DNA from: Acinetobacter phage vB_AbaM_14/CRR8
DNA: 64,000 bases
Sequence record: PV611675.1
Reading direction: 5' to 3' (one strand)
A program made the translations under genes and the position numbers. The notes beneath the pieces are model-generated. The model was not told the DNA's origin and did not search any database. It saw nothing but the letters and a program-made list of their open reading frames with translations. This document shows, one piece after another, positions 27,956 to 37,893 of the stretch (position 1 is the first letter of the stretch; each line of letters begins with the position of its first letter).

Positions 27956-28913
27956 TGAAGTACAGTATTTAAATCTACTAAAAGATTTATTAAATAAAAT
28001 TGAAGATAAAGGTTTTCAGACAAATGATCGAACGGGTGTAGGGACGTGTAAGATTTTTGGCGCTCAGATGAGATTTGATTTGGAGAAAGGCTTCCCATTG
28101 TTTACACATAAGAAGGTGTTCATGCGTGGAATCTTTGAAGAGCTTATGTGGTTCTTAAGAGGTGATACAAACATTCGCACATTATTAGATCGTGATGTAC
28201 ATATCTGGACAGAGTGGCGATATAAAGCATATTGTAAATTTCAGGATCACTACAATCTACCTAAGTTTACTATGAAAGAATTTGAACAAGAGATTGTTGA
28301 GTCTCAAGCTTTTGCGAACCAGTTTGGAGATATTGGTAAAGGTTATGGACATCAATGGCGTAACTTTGGTGAAATTGAAGATGAGGCAACTAGTGTAGAT
28401 TGTTTCGGTGAAAGGACTGTACCATATTATCGTGAAGGTATTGACCAGATTGAGTGGGTTATCAATGAGATTAAGGTTAATCCGAACAGTCGTCGTCTAA
28501 TTGTATCTGGTTGGAATCCTCAAGAGGTTGATCAAGTAGACCTTCCACCATGCCATACACTATTCCAATTCTTTGTAGAAGATGGTAAGTTATCTTGTCA
28601 GTTATATCAACGTAGTGCTGACATTTTGTTAGGTGTGCCGTTTAATATCGCATCGTATGCTTTGTTGACACATTTAATTGCAGCTGAATGTGGCTTAGGT
28701 GTTGGAGAGTTCATCTGGACAGGTGGGGATATCCATGTATATTCAAACCAAATAGATGGATTGAAAGAGATCGTAAATAATAGATTTGCTTTAAAAGCTC
28801 CTACGCTGAAATTACGAAGAGTACGTAAGGATATTGCACAATATCAATGGCAAGATATTATTTTAGAAGGGTATAGTTCATTACCTAAAGTGGAAATGCC
28901 AGTAGCAGTATAG
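27942..28913 (+). CDS. thyA: thymidylate synthase (ThyA/Td)
   Basis: Conserved ThyA blocks: RTGVGT, MRFDL, HTLFQFFV...LSCQLYQRSADI (active-site Cys in PCH) and GVPFNIASYALL. Confidence 0.9.
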   Translation: MKMSDEVQYLNLLKDLLNKIEDKGFQTNDRTGVGTCKIFGAQMRFDLEKGFPLFTHKKVFMRGIFEELMWFLRGDTNIRTLLDRDVHIWTEWRYKAYCKFQDHYNLPKFTMKEFEQEIVESQAFANQFGDIGKGYGHQWRNFGEIEDEATSVDCFGERTVPYYREGIDQIEWVINEIKVNPNSRRLIVSGWNPQEVDQVDLPPCHTLFQFFVEDGKLSCQLYQRSADILLGVPFNIASYALLTHLIAAECGLGVGEFIWTGGDIHVYSNQIDGLKEIVNNRFALKAPTLKLRRVRKDIAQYQWQDIILEGYSSLPKVEMPVAV

Positions 28914-28922
28914 GAGACTACA

Positions 28923-29126
28923 ATGAGTGAATGTAAGGATGTATGCAACTTCAGTTACACAAACAACAAGAATATCGTTGTGGAAGTAATTTTAAGGACA
29001 GATGGTGAAGTTTATTGGGTCATGGAAGGTCCACGATATGTTGGGGAATTTGAAGACCTTGAAACTATCGAGAACTATTTCTTCCAGAACTATAACATTG
29101 CTGTAGACTTATCTAAGTTTAAGTAG
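28923..29126 (+). CDS. hypothetical protein
   Basis: 67 aa. Confidence 0.35.
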   Translation: MSECKDVCNFSYTNNKNIVVEVILRTDGEVYWVMEGPRYVGEFEDLETIENYFFQNYNIAVDLSKFK

Positions 29127-29134
29127 TACAATAA

Positions 29135-29160
29135 GGGTCATCGAAAGGTGGCCCTTTTTA
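29135..29160 (+). terminator. intrinsic terminator GGGTCatcgaaaggtgGCCC + T5
   Basis: Same loop family as the terminators at 27105 and 52031. Confidence 0.6.
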
Positions 29161-29173
29161 TTTGGAGGTTGAA

Positions 29174-29440
29174 ATGGTTAAGAGAAAAACAGAAGTTAGA
29201 GCAAGTGTATCTATTTATAAAGATTATGGTGATAGAATCTCTTGTGAGTTTATTGTATCTGTCGTAGAAGATGGCAAGAATGTCCCTGATCGTGGTGGTG
29301 CTATGGAGATGCTTTACTTTAAAGATACAAAAGCAATGGATTTCATTAATAATGATGCTATGTATGGAGTCACTTTAATTCCATTCAGTAAGGTGGAAGA
29401 GTTCCGTAACTGGTTAATTGCAAACAATTTTGAGGGTTAA
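29174..29440 (+). CDS. hypothetical protein
   Basis: 88 aa. RBS ggaggttgaa-ATG. Confidence 0.35.
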   Translation: MVKRKTEVRASVSIYKDYGDRISCEFIVSVVEDGKNVPDRGGAMEMLYFKDTKAMDFINNDAMYGVTLIPFSKVEEFRNWLIANNFEG

Positions 29441-29442
29441 AT

Positions 29443-30009
29443 ATGTACAATGGTCGTAATAAAGTTAAAATCTGCCACATCGTAGCTGCTGGTTTGAATG
29501 GCGAGATCGGTAAAGATAATAAATTACTTTGTCATATTCCAGAGGATTTAGCTTATTTCAAGAAGATGACATTAGGTCATGCTGTAGTAATGGGTCGGAA
29601 GACTTTAGAATCCCTACCAAACAAGCTCTCTCGTCGTGCTGTATGGGAGGTTTCTAATAGAAACCATGATGGAAGTCGATGGTATAATGGTTTGTACTCA
29701 GCTCTATATGCAGCATCTGGTTCATGCTATTTCTTAAATACGAACAAGATTTGGATTGCTGGTGGTGCATCTATTTATGAGCAGACAAATGATATTGTTG
29801 ATGAGGTTTACCTTACACGTATTCACCATGAATTTCCTGATGCAGACACTTTCTACAAGATTCCTGAAGGATTTGTATTTGAGGGATATACAGAACGTAC
29901 ATTGGAGCATTTCCCTGAAGAACGCTTTCTTGAAGATAAATTAAGTTTAGATACATGGAAAGTTACATTTGAGAAGTGGGTTCGTGTTGACAGTTGGAAA
30001 AATAAGTAG
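29443..30009 (+). CDS. folA: dihydrofolate reductase
   Basis: ICHIVAAGLNGEIGKDNKLLCHIPEDLAYFKKMTLGHAVVMGRKTLESLP matches the DHFR N-terminal NADPH/folate-binding pattern. Confidence 0.85.
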   Translation: MYNGRNKVKICHIVAAGLNGEIGKDNKLLCHIPEDLAYFKKMTLGHAVVMGRKTLESLPNKLSRRAVWEVSNRNHDGSRWYNGLYSALYAASGSCYFLNTNKIWIAGGASIYEQTNDIVDEVYLTRIHHEFPDADTFYKIPEGFVFEGYTERTLEHFPEERFLEDKLSLDTWKVTFEKWVRVDSWKNK

Positions 30010-30040
30010 TATTCTATGGAAATGAACTAGGAGATACATC

Positions 30041-30319
30041 ATGTCTTTAAAAATTTATGATTTAGATGACTGCACATTCTTGGTAGATGTTGCTGACTAT
30101 GGTGTTGTGGCATTTCATTATGAGTGTGATCTAAAATTCTTAACTGAGGAAGTTGAGGTAAATAATTTGATAATCAACCATCTGTCAGATGATTGTAATA
30201 TGTCAGAGAATGAAATCGACATTCTTGTAGGTGAAGTACGTGATCATAAATTAGAGATTGAAGATATGATTATCAAGTACTGGATTAAAGAGCGTGGAAA
30301 GTATTGGGATGAAGTCTAA
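30041..30319 (+). CDS. hypothetical acidic protein
   Basis: 92 aa. Confidence 0.35.
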   Translation: MSLKIYDLDDCTFLVDVADYGVVAFHYECDLKFLTEEVEVNNLIINHLSDDCNMSENEIDILVGEVRDHKLEIEDMIIKYWIKERGKYWDEV

Positions 30320-30509
30320 GGTAGGAAATCTATTTGTTGTCAATAGTGGAAGTTATTTCGCTGGCGAAGTTGGCTGTTGTATAGAGCAATTGTCAGAAGA
30401 AGTAAAGTTTAAAAAATCTAAACATGATGACTATGTTAAACTAGAACTTGAGCACTCAGGTACTGTTACATGGTTCAATTTAAATGAATTAACGGAGGTG
30501 GTACTATGA
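30294..30509 (+). CDS. hypothetical protein
   Basis: 71 aa. Confidence 0.3.
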   Translation: MESIGMKSKVGNLFVVNSGSYFAGEVGCCIEQLSEEVKFKKSKHDDYVKLELEHSGTVTWFNLNELTEVVL

Positions 30510-30790
30510 ATGTTGGAACTATTGGTGGAGGCAGACAGCTTAATGCAGCTATCATAGCTCATGCATTGGCAAATGATCTAGTATCTGCACTTGGTGGACC
30601 AAAGCCTGTTCGATATACTTATCGTGACGATGATGGTGTTTTCACAAGAGCTTATGCTCAAGACTCAGTATCTAACCGACATACTTTTATTAAGTTATTA
30701 CAGGGTACAGAGTTTTGTTATCAGGAGTCTGAAATACAGAAGTTCTTAGCTTTTAAGGGTCAAAATTCAATTTTAGTGGAGAATATTTAA
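30506..30790 (+). CDS. hypothetical protein
   Basis: 94 aa. Confidence 0.35.
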   Translation: MNVGTIGGGRQLNAAIIAHALANDLVSALGGPKPVRYTYRDDDGVFTRAYAQDSVSNRHTFIKLLQGTEFCYQESEIQKFLAFKGQNSILVENI

Positions 30791-31854
30791 TGAGTAAAGC
30801 ACCTAAACCTTTCCGTCCAATGAAAACAGTAAATGAAGCATTGGATTTTGGTGATGTAAAGTATCCAAAGTTTGGGTCAATTAAGTTCGATGGTGTGTAC
30901 GCATTTGTTCGTGATAACAAATTACTCGGACGTTCTCTTAAACCTTTGAAGAATAAATGGATCACAGAGCAGCTTAGTCATCCAGAATTTAATGGTATGG
31001 TGTTTGAGACATTGAATGCTCGTATGGATGGTAAAGACGGCTTACAATTGAACCGACAAGATTTATACAACAACAGTAATTCTTGTACTGGTACGATCAA
31101 CAAGGAAGATTGGGATGTTACCTTAGTGTTGTTTGACTACGTCAAAGACTGTACTGGAGAGTATTTAGAGAATCCATATGATGTTCGTATGGAGCATTTG
31201 AATCTACTTCTCAGCGAGTTGAGCGACGAGGCATTTATCACAGAGCATAATATCTGTGGTATCGACTATCATGAATATATGATTCGTGGCATCACTGTAT
31301 TAATCCCAATGCCTCATCTTATTGAAGATGCTGAGTATGCGCGTGAACTTTACGAGCGTATTGTTGCCGAGGGTCATGAGGGCTTAATCTTACGTTGCCC
31401 TATGGGTGTATTTAAGTGTGGTCGAGCTACCAAGAAGTCTCAAGAGATGATTCGATTCAAACCTTCTGGTGATAGTGAGATCATTGTCACTCGTATGGAA
31501 GAGATGATGGAGAATCAGAATGAAGCTAAGACAAATGAGTTAGGCTATACTGAACGTTCTTCACATCAAGAGAATAAAGTGCCTCTTGGTATGGTTGGTG
31601 CATTGATTGGTATCGACATCAATTCTGGCATTGAGGTTAAGATTGGAGCTGGTAAGCTTACACATGAACAGCGTAAAGAGGTTTGGGATAATCGAGGTGA
31701 TTATATCGGTCGATTGGCTAAGTATAAGTTCATGGATTCAGGTCAAAAAGATTTGCCACGACATCCACGTTGGGTTGGTTGGCGAGAGTTAACAGATGTG
31801 GACCCAGAGGTTGTTTCTTTTGCTAAAGAACATGATGTATATATTAAGGAGTAA
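30790..31854 (+). CDS. ATP-dependent DNA ligase
   Basis: Motif I GSIKFDGVY (KxDG). Downstream blocks EGLILR (motif IV-like) and IRFKPSGD (motif V-like). 354 aa, small phage-type ligase. Confidence 0.7.
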   Translation: MSKAPKPFRPMKTVNEALDFGDVKYPKFGSIKFDGVYAFVRDNKLLGRSLKPLKNKWITEQLSHPEFNGMVFETLNARMDGKDGLQLNRQDLYNNSNSCTGTINKEDWDVTLVLFDYVKDCTGEYLENPYDVRMEHLNLLLSELSDEAFITEHNICGIDYHEYMIRGITVLIPMPHLIEDAEYARELYERIVAEGHEGLILRCPMGVFKCGRATKKSQEMIRFKPSGDSEIIVTRMEEMMENQNEAKTNELGYTERSSHQENKVPLGMVGALIGIDINSGIEVKIGAGKLTHEQRKEVWDNRGDYIGRLAKYKFMDSGQKDLPRHPRWVGWRELTDVDPEVVSFAKEHDVYIKE

Positions 31855-31856
31855 TC

Positions 31857-32192
31857 ATGTCGGATTTTGCAACTGAAATGACTATAGAGGATATGATTGA
31901 CCGTGATATATCAAATCTTAATAATACATTAGGGCATTTGATTTCAGAGCAATTTCCTAATGTATATCTTGTGAGAGATCAAATGTATTTCTATGTATAT
32001 GAGCATGGAAACAAGGAAAAGTTGGGTTATTTTAAAACAACTGAAGGTTGCATATCGTATTTGAACATAGAGCATATGGAACTATTTGGTGAGATGTCGA
32101 ATTTGTTAAACTTCCTGAGACGAAATCCTTATGCAATTTTTGCTCTAGAATTATGTGGGTTTGTTAAACAACGATATCAAGTTGAACAATAA
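31857..32192 (+). CDS. hypothetical protein
   Basis: 111 aa. Confidence 0.35.
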   Translation: MSDFATEMTIEDMIDRDISNLNNTLGHLISEQFPNVYLVRDQMYFYVYEHGNKEKLGYFKTTEGCISYLNIEHMELFGEMSNLLNFLRRNPYAIFALELCGFVKQRYQVEQ

Positions 32193-32207
32193 ATCCTAAA
32201 ATAGTTG

Positions 32208-32236
32208 TTGACCCATTATGGATTAATCTCTATAAT
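32208..32236 (+). promoter_or_regulatory. sigma70-like promoter agTTGTTGACC-N17-TATAATGG with the -10 inside the dyad GATTAAtctctataatgggTTAATC
   Basis: Read directly from the sequence. Confidence 0.5.
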
Positions 32237-32262
32237 GGGTTAATCATTTAGGAGGTAATACT

Positions 32263-34131
32263 ATGAGTTTTAAACCGACAGAAGAACAGCAAACAATTAT
32301 TGACATGGCACTAGAGGGTGAAGATTTAGTTATCAATGCGTTTGCAGGTGCTTCAAAAACAACTACACTTACCATGATTGCTGAAGCTAAGCATGAGCAA
32401 GGTGGAGAGTTGGGGTTATATTTAGCATTTAACAAAGCTATTGCGACAGAAGCAGAGGAGAGGTTCCCAACATCTGTTGAGTGTCGAACTGTGCACAGTT
32501 TAGCTTATCGTCACACACCTAAAGCTTTGAAGTCCAAGATTGGTGGTCGAATATTCCCTAAAGAGATCGCAGAACTGTTAGGGTTTAAGGGTGAGTTCAT
32601 TGTAAGCAAGAAGAGTAATGAAGTTCGTAAGCTTGTGTCAATTAATGCTAAGGCTAGTATGATCAAGCAGACTTTATCTCGCTTCTGTAATTCGGCTGAC
32701 AATTCTATTGAGGCTCACCACTTAGTTAAGATGGATTGGATGAATAAACTTAGCCCAGAAGATTTTGACTTTGACCCTCTGATGGCAGAGATTCTTGTGT
32801 TAACACGAGCTTATTGGGAGGAGTGCAAGGACCCATCATCACCTGTACCTTTAGAGCATGACGGATACTTGAAGATGTATTCAATGCTGGGTAAACAAAT
32901 ACCTGTATCGTACATCATGATTGATGAGAACCAAGATTCATCACCTGTGATTCTTAATATTATTGAGGCTCAAAAGAAAGCTCAGAAAGTTTATGTTGGT
33001 GATAAGTATCAGGCTATTTATGGGTGGCGTGGTGCAATCAACGCTATGAACTTTGTGACAGGTAATAAAGTTTACTTGACTAAGTCATTCCGTTTTGGTA
33101 ATAACGTACAGACAGTAGCAAACATGATTCTTGCAGAATCTGGATGTGAAATTGAATTAAAAGGTAATGGCTCTAATGAAGGTAAACTATTCCTTAGAGA
33201 GAAGTCTATTGAACCTAACGTTGTAATCTGTCGTACAAACTCTGGTGTTATCAAGAATGTGTTTGAGTACAGTAACCGTTACCCTAACAAGGTGATTGGG
33301 GCAAGCTGTGATTTGACGGAGATTCAATCTTTTGTCAAGGCTTATGAAGACTTGGTTGCTGGTAAGAAGGTGGAGCATAAGCTTCTGTATGCCTTTGAAA
33401 ACAAGGGTGAGTTGATGGACTACTGTGAAGAGTGTCCAAATGACTTAGAAGTTTCTGGTATGGTAAAACTCATTGAACGATTTGGAGCTAAGGCTTTAAT
33501 GGCAGCAATGAGTAGATGTTTTAACCAACAGCGACCAGATATTATGGTGACAACTGCACATAAATCAAAAGGTCTTGAGTGGGATAATGTTATCCTATAC
33601 AATGACTTTGGTTATGATATTGATGAATCTGGAGCCTTAGAGGTTTCTGATGAAGAGATGAATATTGTTTATGTGGCAGCTACTCGCGCTAAAAAACATC
33701 TTTGTATAGCTGGCATTCATGACTTACTCAACTTACTTAGTAAGAAATCTGGTGTTAAGTTTGAGATGTCAGATGAGTCTACAGAGTATCTTGATTACTT
33801 AAACCGTGTTGTGCAAGAGGCTAAATTAAGGAATGTTAAGTTCTCTTATAAAGGCTGTACAATGGAAGAGTTAGAGAGATTCACTCAACGACACAGCCAT
33901 TTGTTAGAGATGAAGTATGACGGTACAGGTGAAGTTCTTGTAGGGTTTGATGAAGCAGCGGAGGCAACAGGTGGTGTATTAACTAATGCTAAAATGATGC
34001 ACATTTCCCCAAATACAGGGATATCTAATGATGTTATTATGGATCGTATAGGTCAGTTCATTGATAGTAACAGTGAGTACTATCATGAAGCTATGATCAG
34101 TGATATGGAGCATGATCATATAGACAATTGA
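32263..34131 (+). CDS. superfamily 1 DNA helicase (UvrD/Rep/PcrA-like)
   Basis: Walker A AFAGASKTTTL. RTVHSLAYR (motif Ia-like). MIDENQDSSP (DExx). TTAHKSKGLEWDNVILY (motif VI-like). Confidence 0.7.
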   Translation: MSFKPTEEQQTIIDMALEGEDLVINAFAGASKTTTLTMIAEAKHEQGGELGLYLAFNKAIATEAEERFPTSVECRTVHSLAYRHTPKALKSKIGGRIFPKEIAELLGFKGEFIVSKKSNEVRKLVSINAKASMIKQTLSRFCNSADNSIEAHHLVKMDWMNKLSPEDFDFDPLMAEILVLTRAYWEECKDPSSPVPLEHDGYLKMYSMLGKQIPVSYIMIDENQDSSPVILNIIEAQKKAQKVYVGDKYQAIYGWRGAINAMNFVTGNKVYLTKSFRFGNNVQTVANMILAESGCEIELKGNGSNEGKLFLREKSIEPNVVICRTNSGVIKNVFEYSNRYPNKVIGASCDLTEIQSFVKAYEDLVAGKKVEHKLLYAFENKGELMDYCEECPNDLEVSGMVKLIERFGAKALMAAMSRCFNQQRPDIMVTTAHKSKGLEWDNVILYNDFGYDIDESGALEVSDEEMNIVYVAATRAKKHLCIAGIHDLLNLLSKKSGVKFEMSDESTEYLDYLNRVVQEAKLRNVKFSYKGCTMEELERFTQRHSHLLEMKYDGTGEVLVGFDEAAEATGGVLTNAKMMHISPNTGISNDVIMDRIGQFIDSNSEYYHEAMISDMEHDHIDN

Positions 34132-34144
34132 TTTAGGAGGTTTA

Positions 34145-34399
34145 ATGGTTTTACTGGGTTGGTCGCAGAGAGAAGTATATAGCGATAGATTATATGATCA
34201 CGTAAAATTTTCTGGTGAAACCAACCTCATACATGTGCTGGATTCCTCTGGAGTTCAGCATATTGGTGTAGAGGTGAGGTATAAAGGTAAAGTGAAGGAA
34301 TCTGATATTGAAAAATCTCATAGATATTTAATGAAGAATGTCTTTGGTGTGTTGGAAGGTATGGAACCTAAGCTGTTTATTTTAAGTGAGGTGTTATGA
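34145..34399 (+). CDS. hypothetical protein
   Basis: 84 aa. Confidence 0.35.
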   Translation: MVLLGWSQREVYSDRLYDHVKFSGETNLIHVLDSSGVQHIGVEVRYKGKVKESDIEKSHRYLMKNVFGVLEGMEPKLFILSEVL

Positions 34400-34671
34400 A
34401 AGGTGTAATGTTAATTACAGCGGATTTCGATGAGAAAGAGTTGCATACTCAAGTCTATGAAAACATCGATTATCTTGTGGAAGATCGGACTGGTTGGCCC
34501 TCTTATGCTGACATGAAGCTGTATGTAGATAAACACGGTTATGACAGTGAAGAGTGTGAAGGTTCAGAGAAGATGATTATAGAGCTTGTTGAAGATGGGT
34601 TCTATGTCGATGAATGGCATTCTTATGAGTTGCATACTGGTGAGTTCACTATGGGAGTTAAGAGTGTTTAG
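34396..34671 (+). CDS. hypothetical acidic protein
   Basis: 91 aa. Confidence 0.35.
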   Translation: MKGVMLITADFDEKELHTQVYENIDYLVEDRTGWPSYADMKLYVDKHGYDSEECEGSEKMIIELVEDGFYVDEWHSYELHTGEFTMGVKSV

Positions 34672-34813
34672 TTCATTTGATGATTGGTTTGAGGAGCTTA
34701 AAGAGTCTGCAAGCTACTATGGTTTTTATATTGATAATGCAGCTGATTGGGAAGATTACTATAAGATGGGTATGATGCCTGACGCAGCTTGGAAGAAATA
34801 CGGTAATAAATAG
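34664..34813 (+). CDS. small hypothetical protein (49 aa from GTG)
   Basis: GTG at 34664 lies 6 nt after gggag. The ORF track gives a longer overlapping version from 34586. Confidence 0.25.
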   Translation: MFSSFDDWFEELKESASYYGFYIDNAADWEDYYKMGMMPDAAWKKYGNK

Positions 34814-34821
34814 GAGGTTCT

Positions 34822-35511
34822 GTGGAAAATTTAGAAAATGTAATTCAAGATAAAGTTGAAAGTAAACTTAAACAACGTGTTGTCTTATTGAATGGTCCAC
34901 CAAACACTGGTAAGGATGTCTCGGCTGACATGCTGAAAGAATTGTTTGGTACAGGGGCACATAAAGCTTTTAAAGACGTGTTGTATGAAGAAACAGCTAA
35001 GTATTTTGGTGTGGAAACTGGTTGGATTCGTTCAATGGCAACTGATCGAACAACAAAAGAGTCGCCAACACGTCGATTATTCGATAAAGATTTAAATTGG
35101 ATTGTGCGTTTAGCCTTAACCTTGTTAAGTTTTGTACGACCTGTTGGCTTTAGTCCACGTCAAGCTTTAATCCATGTATCTGAAAACATTATCAAGCCAC
35201 GCTTTGGTAAAAAGTATTTTGGTCATAAACTACTTGATGCAATTAAAGAGAGTGGTGAGGAGTATACTTTTGTTTCAGACTCTGGGTTTATTGAAGAGAT
35301 TCATCCTCTAGTAGAGGCTGGATTAGAAGTAATCGTATTACGCTTAAAGCGTGACGGTTGCACTTATACTGGTGATAGTCGTCGTTATCTAACAGATGAA
35401 GAGCTTGAAGATTTAGGTGTTAAAGTTATCGACATTGATAACAATGGTACACTTGAGGATTTAAAATCGAAACTGTTGAATGCATCACTAGAAATTTTGG
35501 GAGTTAAGTAG
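34822..35511 (+). CDS. deoxynucleoside monophosphate kinase (T4 gp1-like)
   Basis: P-loop VVLLNGPPNTGKDVSADML. C-terminal NNGTLEDLKSKLLNASLEIL closely parallels the T4 gp1 end NDGSLEELFSKIKNTLKVL. GTG start after taggagg. Confidence 0.65.
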   Translation: MENLENVIQDKVESKLKQRVVLLNGPPNTGKDVSADMLKELFGTGAHKAFKDVLYEETAKYFGVETGWIRSMATDRTTKESPTRRLFDKDLNWIVRLALTLLSFVRPVGFSPRQALIHVSENIIKPRFGKKYFGHKLLDAIKESGEEYTFVSDSGFIEEIHPLVEAGLEVIVLRLKRDGCTYTGDSRRYLTDEELEDLGVKVIDIDNNGTLEDLKSKLLNASLEILGVK

Positions 35512-35512
35512 T

Positions 35513-35731
35513 ATGAAGATACTGAAGGATTTCTGGATTATATTCGTTGTTGTAGCAATCTTTATTAGCTTGCTTGTAGATAATCTCAGTAAAGCTAATG
35601 CAAGTAAACCTACATCAACAACATACCCTCCAGTGGTTGCACCATTAAGTTGGGACATGGTGAAGAAAGAATGTAAACTGAAAATTAAGAAGGATCAGAA
35701 GCTACCTAAGCACTGTTATAAACTTGTGTAG
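35513..35731 (+). CDS. small membrane protein
   Basis: 72 aa with an N-terminal TM segment, FWIIFVVVAIFISLLV. Confidence 0.3.
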   Translation: MKILKDFWIIFVVVAIFISLLVDNLSKANASKPTSTTYPPVVAPLSWDMVKKECKLKIKKDQKLPKHCYKLV

Positions 35732-35835
35732 GAGATTACCTTGAAGCTTAAGTATCTTGCAGTAGGTGTTATACTTTTAGTAGTTGTATACAGAAAATCA
35801 TTAAAAGATTTTGATGAAATTCTTATTGGAAGTGC

Positions 35836-35863
35836 TTGACACAATATAGGGCCATGTATTATC
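35836..35863 (+). promoter_or_regulatory. sigma70-like promoter TTGACA-N16-TATTAT with the -10 inside the dyad GCCATGtattatCATGGC
   Basis: Read directly from the sequence. Confidence 0.45.
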
Positions 35864-35892
35864 ATGGCTTTATTCATTTAGAGGAGAAAAAC

Positions 35893-36534
35893 ATGACTAT
35901 TCAATTCAAAACTCAAGTATTCCGTGAAGCACCTCAAATTACAGAACTTCGACGTTGGTTTATCTCAACAATTTCCAAGAAGTATGGTGTGAATATGGCG
36001 ATTCAATCTGGCGTATTGTTTGATGAATGTTTAACGATGTCTTATATTGGATATCGAAATAAAGTTCCTGCTGTATCAGGAATCAATATCCCTGTACTGG
36101 CTAAGAAATTCACCCGTGTGAATGGTGGATTTGATGTCAATGTGTTTAATGACCTATGTACTCGATGGATTCTTGATGAAGAGACAGCTTTTGATACTGG
36201 CTTGTTAGGTAAGTCTCAATACGATGGTGTACACATTCATGCGTCTGCTTTACAAGCATTAAAGATTATCTACAACCAGTTACGTATTGGGTTTGCAGCT
36301 CAACACCTAAGCTCATGGGTTTATGACCACGACAATTGGGACGTTGTGCTTAATTTAGCTTTATGTTACACACGTGAGTTTACGAACAAGGAATTTAGTG
36401 GGCACGTACAACGTATTGCAAATATTTCTCGTAACAGTGCCATTGTTATGCTGATGTCTATTGATGGCCTAAACTATAAGCAGTCATCAACACTTGTTGA
36501 TTTAGTTCGAAAAATAAGTGGAAGTGTACGATAA
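35893..36534 (+). CDS. hypothetical protein
   Basis: 213 aa from the ATG at 35893 with RBS gaggagaaaaac. The ORF track begins at 35836, inside the promoter. Confidence 0.4.
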   Translation: MTIQFKTQVFREAPQITELRRWFISTISKKYGVNMAIQSGVLFDECLTMSYIGYRNKVPAVSGINIPVLAKKFTRVNGGFDVNVFNDLCTRWILDEETAFDTGLLGKSQYDGVHIHASALQALKIIYNQLRIGFAAQHLSSWVYDHDNWDVVLNLALCYTREFTNKEFSGHVQRIANISRNSAIVMLMSIDGLNYKQSSTLVDLVRKISGSVR

Positions 36535-37073
36535 TGAAATTCTACCACAAGAAAACTGTAGGTGATATTAACAAAAGAATCTCGGAGTTAAAGCAAGAGA
36601 TTCGTGAAGCTGAGGAAAAAGTTCAGCTTGTTATTAAAGATCACCTTAGAGCTGGATGTAAGACATTTCCAGAGGTTGTAGAACTCTCTAAAGAACTTGG
36701 CTGTAGTTTTGAATATGTAGTCGATGGACTTGGGCCAAAAAGAAAGTATTCACTATGGTCTAACTTAATGTGGGTGGAGGTCAAGTCTGGTCATGATGGT
36801 TTGATACTTAAATTAGAAAATGTAGGGATTTTGGAAAAGACTTACTATTACTGTAATAATTATGGTGGGCAAGATTTATGTATCGGTGATGAGGAGGCTA
36901 TGAAATCCTTTGAGTGTGAGGATGGAATTTGGGCTTGTCCGATCAAGGGTGAGGAGATTAGTAAAGAAGAATTTGATGAAAATCTTTACCCAATGTTCTC
37001 TACTACTGATAAATATCATAACATCTGGAAGAAATTATCTGAAGGCATTGACAACTTACTGGTGTTCCAATAA
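36534..37073 (+). CDS. hypothetical protein
   Basis: 179 aa. Confidence 0.4.
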   Translation: MKFYHKKTVGDINKRISELKQEIREAEEKVQLVIKDHLRAGCKTFPEVVELSKELGCSFEYVVDGLGPKRKYSLWSNLMWVEVKSGHDGLILKLENVGILEKTYYYCNNYGGQDLCIGDEEAMKSFECEDGIWACPIKGEEISKEEFDENLYPMFSTTDKYHNIWKKLSEGIDNLLVFQ

Positions 37074-37079
37074 AATCGA

Positions 37080-37107
37080 GGGTGTGGCTTAGGCTGCACC
37101 CTTTTTA
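37080..37107 (+). terminator. intrinsic terminator GGGTGTGGcttaggCTGCACCC + T5
   Basis: Loop contains CTTAGG, as in the terminators at 24120, 47538 and 54068. Confidence 0.6.
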
Positions 37108-37124
37108 TTTGTCTGGAGGAAAGT

Positions 37125-37322
37125 ATGTCTAAAACTATTAGCCCTACCTTCACCTGTGAATGTGGTGGACGTGTTACATCACACTGGGTTATGGGGACTA
37201 GGGAGGATATCAGGACAAGCCAAGATTATGCTCGTGGTAAGAGACGATGGAAGCTTGTTAGTAACGGTTACTGGAGTATGGGTTGCAATAGTTGTGATTA
37301 CAGGGGGAAATATACACCATGA
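37125..37322 (+). CDS. small zinc-ribbon protein
   Basis: CECGG...CNSCDY, two CxxC pairs. Confidence 0.35.
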   Translation: MSKTISPTFTCECGGRVTSHWVMGTREDIRTSQDYARGKRRWKLVSNGYWSMGCNSCDYRGKYTP

Positions 37323-37588
37323 GCGCTAAAGATTATATTGAAAATGTACTGGCATATCCTGATGACAGTAATGTGAAGTCTGACCTATTGTACTTTAAAG
37401 AATTTCAAGACTTCTTGTTTGAGTTATACTACTCAGAGCATTTTGACTGCCTTATAAAGTTCGTTGGTGGAACAACCTTTATGGAGCAAGATGGTGGATG
37501 GACATTCTATTCATCTAGTGAATCAGCTATGCGTACATTAAGATGGAAGGGTAGACTGATAAGTGTTAAAAAGTATTTGACAGAGTAA
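37319..37588 (+). CDS. hypothetical protein
   Basis: 89 aa. Confidence 0.35.
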   Translation: MSAKDYIENVLAYPDDSNVKSDLLYFKEFQDFLFELYYSEHFDCLIKFVGGTTFMEQDGGWTFYSSSESAMRTLRWKGRLISVKKYLTE

Positions 37589-37623
37589 TACTTTAATTAT
37601 ATTATACCTTTAAATTAACTGAG

Positions 37624-37893
37624 GTGAAGTGTATGTTGGTAGTTAGTCGAAGAACTGCAATATTTATTAATACAGTCGCTAATTGGGCTTTTATTAATTA
37701 CAATTATGATCGTAATGCACTGAAGGATTTTCAGGGTAGGCTTAGAGATAGAGTTAACCTATCAAAATTAGTTAGTGATGTATCTTTAGGTGATGACTGT
37801 GATTGTCTTGTTTCGATAGATGATGCAGACACACCTTTAGTTGAAAGTATTCTTAAAAGTTTCAAGGAGCGTAATCGTGGAAGTAATTCGTAA
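37624..37893 (+). CDS. hypothetical protein
   Basis: 89 aa. Confidence 0.3.
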   Translation: MKCMLVVSRRTAIFINTVANWAFINYNYDRNALKDFQGRLRDRVNLSKLVSDVSLGDDCDCLVSIDDADTPLVESILKSFKERNRGSNS

